Source: Alteromonas sp. (GTDB lineage Bacteria > Margulisbacteria > Marinamargulisbacteria > UBA6595). From it: a stretch of 64,000 nt of DNA. Below the pieces are notes generated by a model, which was not told where the DNA came from, did no database searches, and worked only from the letters and a program-made list of their open reading frames with translations. Location of the stretch: the NCBI GenBank assembly GCA_964220215.1, contig CAXPTH010000021.1:926-64925 (forward strand), read 5' to 3'. A program made the translations under genes and the position numbers. Positions 18,834 through 27,076 of this stretch are shown here, one piece after another. Each line of letters opens with the position of its first letter. Within the stretch, counting starts at the first letter, position 1.

Positions 18834-20026
18834 GCCGCTGGGTGCTACTGATTTTACTGTGGGTGGGGCTGTGTACCCACACGCAGGCAGCCCTAACCTT
18901 AGATGCAGCGCTTCAACACACCTTGGCCAACAATTACGCCATCCAGATTGCCCATACCCAAGCGGCCCGTGCCCAAACCCAAACTGGCCTGAGCCAAGCC
19001 AATCTCTTGCCCACCATTACCGTTCGCCAAACCAAGACCGATCAACCCACCAGAACCCCGGGCATCAGCACTCAAACCAACCAAACTACTCAAACCACCG
19101 GGACCATTCAGCAAACCCTCTTTGCGGGACTCACCGGCATTACCCAGTGGCGCAAAAACAAATCGTTGGCCGATCTGACTCAACTGCAAGCCGAACAGGT
19201 CTTGGAAACCACCCTGTATACCACCACGTTGGCGTTTTATGACCTGGTGGAGGCCCAGTATCGGCTGGCCGTTGCTGAATCGGTTGTTGCCCTATCGGAA
19301 GACCGGCTCAACCGTGTCCGGATTCGGGCGGACCTGGGCGGGGAGTCCCAGTTGGCGGTACTCAATGCGACTGTGGATTTGAATACCGACAAAACAGAAT
19401 ACCAGAACGCCTTAGCGGCACGCAAAGCCGCCGAAATCCAGCTCAACCAACAGCTCAACCAAGCCTTAGACACCCCGCTCACGGCGGAATTACCGCCGCC
19501 CCTATCCGTGCCCACTTCCGGCATTCGTCAGAATCGGGCGATTCGCATTGCTGAGCAGTCGCATCGGTTATCGCAGTTGGATCAGCAGTTGGTGCTGGGT
19601 GCGCTATTCCCGAGTGTCACGGTTCGGCATACGATGCAAGACGCCCGGGAACCGATCAATACCCTCGAAGCTCAGTGGTCATTGACTGGATGGCGCCATA
19701 AACAGGCGTGGGATGCTGCGACGCTGACCCATGCCGAAACGAATTTAAACAGAGCCCGTGTCCGGCAATTGGTGCAGGCCCAATGGGCCCAAGCTTTGGT
19801 GGATTATGACCGCACGCGGACGTTGCAGGCGCATGAGTTGGAGACAGTTCGGGTGGCGAAGCGGAATTTTGAGCGCACGCAGGCGTTGTTTCATGCGGGG
19901 CAAGTGTCTGCGTTGGTGTTTCGGGATGCCCAGTTAAAATACACCCAAAGCCAGTACCGCGCCCACCAGGCTCAGATTCAGTTGGGCAAAGCCATTGCCC
20001 GAGTGCATCAACTAGCGGGGGGTTGA
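18830..20026 (+). CDS. TolC-like outer membrane efflux protein (OEP family)
   Basis: ATGA overlap with the MFP gene. Signal peptide, then an OEP repeat beginning LTLDAALQHTLANNYAIQIA. Two internal OEP repeats. Confidence 0.8.
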   Translation: MSRWVLLILLWVGLCTHTQAALTLDAALQHTLANNYAIQIAHTQAARAQTQTGLSQANLLPTITVRQTKTDQPTRTPGISTQTNQTTQTTGTIQQTLFAGLTGITQWRKNKSLADLTQLQAEQVLETTLYTTTLAFYDLVEAQYRLAVAESVVALSEDRLNRVRIRADLGGESQLAVLNATVDLNTDKTEYQNALAARKAAEIQLNQQLNQALDTPLTAELPPPLSVPTSGIRQNRAIRIAEQSHRLSQLDQQLVLGALFPSVTVRHTMQDAREPINTLEAQWSLTGWRHKQAWDAATLTHAETNLNRARVRQLVQAQWAQALVDYDRTRTLQAHELETVRVAKRNFERTQALFHAGQVSALVFRDAQLKYTQSQYRAHQAQIQLGKAIARVHQLAGG

Positions 20027-23000
20027 GGTTGTTGTTTGGATTTGGGGTTGGTTTTGGGATCGGCTTTGGGTTTGGTAGCGGCTGATTTGGTAGCGGCTTT
20101 GGCTTTGGGATCGGCTTTGGCTTTGGCTTTGGGATCGGCTTTGGCGGCAGCTTCGGCGGCTTTGGCTTCTTTGCGGGCTTTGGAATCGGCGGCGGCGGCG
20201 GCGGTAGCGGCGGCGTTTTTGGCTGATTGTTTTGCGGCTTTTAATATTACTTCGGCGTTTTCGACTTTGGTTTGGGCAAAACTGATTTTTCTACTTAACT
20301 CATTATTGCGGTCTTTGATTTGTCGGATGCATTCTATAATTTCTTCATTATTCTCAAAACCTTGGGCAGCTCTATTTGCCTCAATCAATAAATCATCGAC
20401 ACGTTGCCTCTCTTGTTTAACTTTTTCCATATATTCTTGTGTTTCTGCTAATTGACTTGCCGCTTTATCAACTTTCGTTTTAGAATTTTCTTCTAATTGT
20501 GGGGGGGTGCCTATGTCACTATTTTTCAATTTTTCTTTTGCATTTTGAACAGCCTGCAAAGCTTCTTTTAACTTCGATAGTTTCTCTTCAATGTTTATAA
20601 CGACTTGATTGGCAGCTTCAGCGGCTTTATTGGCAGCTTCAGCGGCTTTATTGGCATCGGCAGCGACTTGATTGGCAGTTTCAGCGGCTTTCTTGGCAAT
20701 TAATTTAGTTTCTTCTCCTAAGTATGTTTTATTGTCGGCAGCTTTAGCGGCTGTCTCGGCAGCTTCAGTAACTTTTTCCATGGTAGCTTTGGCAGCTTCA
20801 GCGGCTTGTTTGGCATCGGCAGCGGCTATCTTGACAATTTGGACAGCATCTTCAAGTTTATTAACATTGGGAGCAGTTTTAGCCCTGTTCTTGGCATTAG
20901 TGGCAGCGGTCTGGGCATTTGCAGCAAAATCCTTGGCAGTGGCAGCAAAAGCTTTGACTTCTTTTAATAAATTTTCAACATCTTTATTCGGGTTTAACCG
21001 CATTTCTTCCGATTTATGACATTCCTTCAAATGCTTAAGTTGATCAATACCATAATCAGATTTGTCTCCTTTATCCATGGTTGCTTCCAGAGCACTCAAG
21101 TCTACAACCATTTCCTGGATTATTGCTAAAAGTTGTTTGTATTTTTCCCGTCTTATATCTCCTCCCTGACCACGTTCTAATATATTTTCTTTCAGATTAT
21201 TTTGAAACCATGTTGAAAATTCTACATTTATTTTTGGTGAGAGTGTACCTTCAATTTTTAAACGAATACCATCAAGATAGTTTCTATTAGTATCTTCGCT
21301 ATTATTTAAAATTTTAGGCAATAAGTCGTTCTCCTTATATGTTTCTCCGTTTGTTCCATAATACTCAGCTACTAATTTCTTAATACTATTAAAATCTTTT
21401 TGATTAGTCAAAGTAAGAAAAGCCTTTTGTTTAGCCGCAAGCAGGTCCTTTTGATCACCTATATCAAGACTTTCTTGAGGCTTTAGGGCATCTATTAAGG
21501 CCTTTATCTTTTCTTTTAATTTTTCAGGGTAACTTTTATCCAATTCTGTTTCTTCTAGCACTTGAACAACAGCTTTAAATTTACTTTCATGTTTTTTATA
21601 TTTGCCACATGGGAAAATGGTTTTCATCTCTTTTGTAAAATCTTCTGCATTAATTCGCTCTAGCGCAAGATCTTGCAATGTTGAAATAAAATCAACTGCA
21701 TCCTTGTCAGTAGCGTCGTTTTTATCAACACTTAAAAGACTGTTAACAATATTCATTTTAACCTCTGCCCGTTTTGATATAACCATCATGTTGAGCATAT
21801 CTTTAGCATAGGGATCTGTATTCAAATCTTTGTTTAAGTGCTCTATTATTCTTTCTCTGTTTTGTTTACCGTAGTATGTGATTTGTCCAAGTGATTCTTT
21901 TTCAGATCTGCGATACCGCCCAATAAATTGAACCACATTCATAGATGCCCCTGATTCCATTAAATTGTCCGATGCAATATGAAACTCTACAGCTAGATTA
22001 TCACCGTCTGCAGGTTGTTTAGAAGAACTAGAAAACTCATCAAAATCATGGCCATAACAGTTATCCCCAAAGTAGACAAAATCAATTTTATTTTTTGCTA
22101 CTGTTTGTTTTTTCAAAAACTCCACTGCTTTGTCTTTGCTAGTAAATGTTTGTGTCACTACATCGGTTGTAATTTCATACTCTCTTGACTTAACAATAAC
22201 ATACTCTCTTGACTTAACAAAAACCCGTGTTCTATTAGTATTTTGAGAAAATGAAGTTTGTTCATCACTAAGCCAAAAGTACCGTTGTTTCTCAGGATCT
22301 TCACCCAAAACAGAATCAATAGTTTCTTGTGTTTGTGGTGTATTCAAATTCTTATTAAGATCAATCGCTATCAACTGGTTAATTTGTGAGACTGCCGCAT
22401 CTCTATGTTGACCAAGGGTTGCATCAGTTGCATCATCAAATGTCAATTCTTTTAAACGAGACTTTATATTCTCGAGTTCATCTTTATTCAGTTTTAATTC
22501 TGTTAGTTCTTTTAATGTGGCCAACCAATTCGCTAGATAAGCGGTTGTCCCTGGTGATGTAGCAATATACTGATGGACGCCAATATTCAAACTCATATTA
22601 TTTAAAAATGCTTGGCATATGTATACTAAGTCATTTGAGTCTCCAATTGATGCTTTAAATATTTTCTTTTTATCATCTGGGATTATATTACACAAGCCTT
22701 GTATAAAGTCTTGTTTTTCTTTTTGTTCTGAGTCTGAAAATGTATGCCTCTCATCAAAAATAAATGCTATAGTATCAGTTTGTTTTGCAGAATCGTCAGA
22801 GGCTTGTTCGGGACTTTGTATTCTGCTTAATTCTGTCTCAACAGCTTCCAGAAATTTTGTAGTTTTTTGTTCCATTTCATTTTCAAAACCAGGAATTGGT
22901 GAAAATAAATGAACATTTGGTTTTTTCATTGATTGCATCATCGTCATCAACGCCGTTTTACCGGCTCCAGTCCCCGCTGACCATCGGTTATAAAGGCCTT

Positions 23001-26000
23001 TTGTTGGTTTCTTCGAAATAAAATATTGGACCACCTGCTCCTGAGTTGGAATTTTTTTAGATGCGTTAACGAGTTCTGCAAAACATTGGTTTATAGATTC
23101 ATTTGCTAGATCAGCATCTGTCCATGGAATTCCAGTCTTACCAAGACTATCTTGTACATCTTGTGTTGTATATGACTTCAAAAAATCAGTCATACTATAC
23201 TTTCTTCCTTTTAATGTGGGGTCATTATAATACCTCAAACTTCCTGCATGTTTTTTTAGTGTCACCATTGCGATCACCGTTTCTATATTTGGGAAGGGGG
23301 GGGGAGATCCATCTGCTGTTGTATCTGCTGTTGTATTTGATGAGTTAGCTTTTTGATAAAGATCAGCGAATTTGCCTTTACTTTTGGTTAAACCTGTTTG
23401 TGATAATTTTTCTAAAACAGCTTGTATTTGTTCAATATATGTGGGTGGATTTGTTCCTGAGCTCCCTGCTGACGTAGCCGTTGTACCCTTCCTTTCAAAT
23501 TTATCCTTCAGAAAAGCCAAACGAATCATTTCTTCATTTTTATTTAATTGATTTTCTGTTTCTGTTTCTTTAGACCATTCAGCAAGTGTTTCCATATTGT
23601 CACTGTATTTTTGGATGGTTTGGATGGTTGTGCTGTGGTTTGAATCACTTCTTTGAACGTCTAATCCTTTGAGATATTCTAGATAGTCTTGAACCGCTTG
23701 CTGTTTTTGGGATTTGATATCAGTTTCTAACTCTCCCAAAGCTGTTGCTAAATCTTCCACAGCTTTTGTAGCCTCTTTTTTGGCTGTTTGGGCTGTTTGG
23801 GCGTCTGGAACACCATCACCCTCGGCACCGAGCACTGCGCTGTATTCCGTATCGGCTGCCTCTAGACTACTCTGAAGTTCTTCATGCTTTTGGTCTGCTT
23901 TTAAATCGTTTAACTGCTCCACTATCGCCTGAAGGGCTGCAATTTTGGCAGCTGGGGCTGCGCCTGAAGCTGTGGATGGTATCGCTTTTTTTGTGTCTTC
24001 TATCTTGACTGTTGCTGCCTTGGCTTGGGTGGTAATGGATTCATACGCTGCTGTCGCTGCTTCCGCTGCCAACCGCTCTTCTTCTACTCTTATAACTGCT
24101 TCTAACTCCCCCAAAGCTGACACAGCGGTTGTGGCGTTTTGTTTGGCTGTTATAGCCTTTGTTTGGGCTTCTGTAGCCTTTTTTTGGGCTTCTGGAACAC
24201 CCTCAGCACCGAGCACGCCGCTTTTTGTTGCTTCTTTATCGACTTGATCTAGACGCTCTTTAAGTGTTTGATAACTTTTCGTTTGGTATTCTTTTAATTC
24301 TTTTAACTGCTCCACTCTCTCCTGAAGGGCTTCAATATTGCCCTCTGAAGCTGGGTCTTCGCCTGAAGCTGTGGCTGGTATCGCTTCTTCTAATTTTGTT
24401 TTTATCTCGGTTGTTGCTTCGTTGGCTTTGGTGGTAATTTCTCCATACGCTTTTTTAGCCGCTTCTGCTGCTTCCGCTGCCAACCGCTCTTCTTCCGCTT
24501 TTCGGGCCGCTTCTGCTGCTTCCGCTGCCACCCGCCTTTCTTCCGCTTTTTTCGCTGCTTCCGCTGACTCTTTTCGGGCCGCTGCCTCTGCTTTTTCTAA
24601 TTCTCCCACAGCTTTTCCTAACGCTTCCACAGCTACTTTAGCTTCTTCTATCTTGCCTGTTGCTGCCTTGGCTTCGGTGGTAATGTCTCCATACTCTGCT
24701 ATCGCTGCGGCGGCTTTTTTCGCCGCTTCCGCTTCCGCTTTTCGGGCCGCTTCCGCTGCTTCCGCTGCCAACCGCTCTTCTTCCGCTTTTCGGGCCGCTT
24801 CCTCCGCTTTTTTCGATTCGAGGGATTGGATAGATTCTTCTAAAGTTCCCAAAGCTTTTTTTAACGCTTCCACAGCTGTTTCTAAAGCTTTCACAGCTCC
24901 TTCGGCTCCTTTTTTGGCTTCTACACCATCCGCACCGAGCACTGCGCTGTATTCCGTATCGGCTGTTTTTAGACGATCTGCAAGTTGTTTATAAAGTTCC
25001 GGTTGTTCTGCTTGTAATGGTTTTAACTGCTCCACTATCGACTGAAGGGCTGCAATCTTGGCAGCTGTGTCTTCGCCTGAAGCTGAGGCTGTTTTCGCTG
25101 CTTCTACTTCTCTTTTCGCTGCTTCTGCTTTTTGTATCTCGGCTGTTGCTTCGTTGGTAATTAGTACATACTCTGCTATCGCTACTGCGGCTTGGATGGC
25201 TTTGATGGCTTCTTCGGCTGTTGTTTGGATGGCTTCGTTGGATTTTTCTTTGATGTCTTTGATGGCTTTGATGGATGCTTCGGCTGTTGTTTGGATGTCT
25301 TGGATGTCTTTTTCGGCTGTTGTTGGGATGGGTTTGATGTCTTTTTCGGCTTTTTCTTGGATGGCTTGGATGGCTTTTTCTTTGATGGCTTTGATGGCTT
25401 CTTCTTGGATGGCTTGGATGGCTTGTGCTTTGATGTCTTCATTGGCTTGGATGTCTTGGATGGCTTGGATGGCTTCGTCTTTGATGAAGCGGATGTCTTT
25501 GATGAAGAGGATGTCTTGGATGTCTTTTTCGGCTTTTTCTTTGATGGCTTTTTCTTTGATGGATTTGATGCCTTCTTTGAATGTGTCTGGGATGTCTTTG
25601 ATGGCTTTTTCTTTGATGGCTTTGATGGCTTTTTCTTGGATTTTTTGGATTTTTTGGATGGCTGCTTCCACTCTCACCTTACGAACTTTATACGCCGCTT
25701 GTATCTTTTTTGTGGCGGCTTCTTTTTTCGCCGCTTCCGCTGCGGCTTTTTCCGCTGCCACCCGCTTTTCTTCCGCTTTTTGGGCCTTTTTGCCTTCTTT
25801 CGTTTGTGTGTCTAAGAGGACTTGTTGAGCGTCTTCTTCCGCTAAGCGGAGGATGTCTTCCAGTATGTTCGCCACTGATTCAGAATTTTTGGGGTCATTG
25901 AGTGCTTTTTTTAGTGCTTCCGCTGATTCACTAAGACTTTTACTACTACTACCACCAGCAGCATCCTTGGGAGTACCACCAGTGCCATCGGCTACACTTA

Positions 26001-26895
26001 ATTTTAACTTTTCCACAGCTTCTTTGGCTGCTTCTTGGGCTTCTTGGGCTTCTTTAGCTTCAGCAATATCCAGACTGTCATCTTTGGACAACTCATTGTA
26101 TTCTTCATCGACTTCCTTTAGACGATTTTCAAGACTTTTGCGGTCGTTTCTTAACTTACTTTTTAAAGCTTCTAAATTTTCCCGAAATTTTTCAAGATCT
26201 AACTCTGATTTGTTTTCTATATGATCTTGTACTGTTTTTAAGTGTGTTTTACACTCATAAACTACCTCTCCAAACTTTCGTTCGGCCTCTAGTTTAATTA
26301 ATTCATAGTCTTTTTTTATTTTTTGGAGTTTGAGCGCCTTAATTTTATTTTCGAGTTCCTTAATTTGAACTTCGGTATTGTCACTTTTAGTTTGATGTTG
26401 AGCCCTGAGTTCTTGAAGTTCTTCTGTTAATTCGCTAATCTTATCTTGGTTTGATTGAATTTCGTTTGCGAGTTCGTTTGTGAGTTCTGATGCTTTAGAT
26501 TGATTAAAGTGATTGGCAAATTTTTCAGCTTCATAGTCAAAATATGCACCTATCCCATAACCCAAAACGCCAGCACCGAAGCCAGTACCCGCACCCGCAG
26601 TAAGAGAAATAAGGAAAACCCATCCTACAGGACCAGTTGCCAAAGCAAGAGCTACGGCAATACCTAAAGCGGTTCCCCCCAGTCCCCCCCCAGCTCCATA
26701 TTGTTGACGATAATTTGATGACCTTGATGTTGGTGAAAAACTAACTGGTGATTGTGTAATTGACGGTTTGATTTTTGAAATTGGATCTGGAACTATCCCT
26801 TGAAATGGAGCTGAAGCTTTATTTTCCCTTGGATTTATTAGACCTGGAACTATCTTTGGATCTGAACCTGAACCTGGAGTTACACCGGATGACAC
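20008..26895 (-). CDS. Giant hypothetical protein (2,295 aa): membrane hairpin, coiled-coil repeat scaffold, embedded P-loop/DExH-like NTPase, K/A/P basic tail
   Basis: Uninterrupted 6,888-nt ORF. GTG start follows a GGAGG Shine-Dalgarno site. Walker A GTGAGKT (res 1308-1314), IAFIFDERH (D1381-H1384), FIGRYRR (res 1657-1663). No family recognised. Confidence 0.8.
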   Translation of the reverse strand: MSSGVTPGSGSDPKIVPGLINPRENKASAPFQGIVPDPISKIKPSITQSPVSFSPTSRSSNYRQQYGAGGGLGGTALGIAVALALATGPVGWVFLISLTAGAGTGFGAGVLGYGIGAYFDYEAEKFANHFNQSKASELTNELANEIQSNQDKISELTEELQELRAQHQTKSDNTEVQIKELENKIKALKLQKIKKDYELIKLEAERKFGEVVYECKTHLKTVQDHIENKSELDLEKFRENLEALKSKLRNDRKSLENRLKEVDEEYNELSKDDSLDIAEAKEAQEAQEAAKEAVEKLKLSVADGTGGTPKDAAGGSSSKSLSESAEALKKALNDPKNSESVANILEDILRLAEEDAQQVLLDTQTKEGKKAQKAEEKRVAAEKAAAEAAKKEAATKKIQAAYKVRKVRVEAAIQKIQKIQEKAIKAIKEKAIKDIPDTFKEGIKSIKEKAIKEKAEKDIQDILFIKDIRFIKDEAIQAIQDIQANEDIKAQAIQAIQEEAIKAIKEKAIQAIQEKAEKDIKPIPTTAEKDIQDIQTTAEASIKAIKDIKEKSNEAIQTTAEEAIKAIQAAVAIAEYVLITNEATAEIQKAEAAKREVEAAKTASASGEDTAAKIAALQSIVEQLKPLQAEQPELYKQLADRLKTADTEYSAVLGADGVEAKKGAEGAVKALETAVEALKKALGTLEESIQSLESKKAEEAARKAEEERLAAEAAEAARKAEAEAAKKAAAAIAEYGDITTEAKAATGKIEEAKVAVEALGKAVGELEKAEAAARKESAEAAKKAEERRVAAEAAEAARKAEEERLAAEAAEAAKKAYGEITTKANEATTEIKTKLEEAIPATASGEDPASEGNIEALQERVEQLKELKEYQTKSYQTLKERLDQVDKEATKSGVLGAEGVPEAQKKATEAQTKAITAKQNATTAVSALGELEAVIRVEEERLAAEAATAAYESITTQAKAATVKIEDTKKAIPSTASGAAPAAKIAALQAIVEQLNDLKADQKHEELQSSLEAADTEYSAVLGAEGDGVPDAQTAQTAKKEATKAVEDLATALGELETDIKSQKQQAVQDYLEYLKGLDVQRSDSNHSTTIQTIQKYSDNMETLAEWSKETETENQLNKNEEMIRLAFLKDKFERKGTTATSAGSSGTNPPTYIEQIQAVLEKLSQTGLTKSKGKFADLYQKANSSNTTADTTADGSPPPFPNIETVIAMVTLKKHAGSLRYYNDPTLKGRKYSMTDFLKSYTTQDVQDSLGKTGIPWTDADLANESINQCFAELVNASKKIPTQEQVVQYFISKKPTKGLYNRWSAGTGAGKTALMTMMQSMKKPNVHLFSPIPGFENEMEQKTTKFLEAVETELSRIQSPEQASDDSAKQTDTIAFIFDERHTFSDSEQKEKQDFIQGLCNIIPDDKKKIFKASIGDSNDLVYICQAFLNNMSLNIGVHQYIATSPGTTAYLANWLATLKELTELKLNKDELENIKSRLKELTFDDATDATLGQHRDAAVSQINQLIAIDLNKNLNTPQTQETIDSVLGEDPEKQRYFWLSDEQTSFSQNTNRTRVFVKSREYVIVKSREYEITTDVVTQTFTSKDKAVEFLKKQTVAKNKIDFVYFGDNCYGHDFDEFSSSSKQPADGDNLAVEFHIASDNLMESGASMNVVQFIGRYRRSEKESLGQITYYGKQNRERIIEHLNKDLNTDPYAKDMLNMMVISKRAEVKMNIVNSLLSVDKNDATDKDAVDFISTLQDLALERINAEDFTKEMKTIFPCGKYKKHESKFKAVVQVLEETELDKSYPEKLKEKIKALIDALKPQESLDIGDQKDLLAAKQKAFLTLTNQKDFNSIKKLVAEYYGTNGETYKENDLLPKILNNSEDTNRNYLDGIRLKIEGTLSPKINVEFSTWFQNNLKENILERGQGGDIRREKYKQLLAIIQEMVVDLSALEATMDKGDKSDYGIDQLKHLKECHKSEEMRLNPNKDVENLLKEVKAFAATAKDFAANAQTAATNAKNRAKTAPNVNKLEDAVQIVKIAAADAKQAAEAAKATMEKVTEAAETAAKAADNKTYLGEETKLIAKKAAETANQVAADANKAAEAANKAAEAANQVVINIEEKLSKLKEALQAVQNAKEKLKNSDIGTPPQLEENSKTKVDKAASQLAETQEYMEKVKQERQRVDDLLIEANRAAQGFENNEEIIECIRQIKDRNNELSRKISFAQTKVENAEVILKAAKQSAKNAAATAAAAADSKARKEAKAAEAAAKADPKAKAKADPKAKAATKSAATKPKADPKTNPKSKQQPQPPAS

Positions 26896-27076
26896 TACTA
26901 CCTCCCCACTATTTTTAGACTGTATTTTCTAATAAAACTACAAGCCAGTATACAACAAAAAAATTGAAATGTCAATGTTTTAATAAAAAACTGACCGGCT
27001 AGTTTAACTACTATCCATTGCTGATACATACCAACAGAATGCCCCCTCGATGAGAACTTTAAACCTGTCCGTTGCA

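Noticed and set aside
24338-25828. Long + strand ORFs (24338..24994, 25058..25828, 25192..25815) antisense to the giant gene
   Set aside because: They are products of the periodic A/E/K-coding repeats read in reverse, giving A/S- or M/W/F/L/D-rich low-complexity strings. There are no start signals, and they lie entirely within a well-supported CDS.
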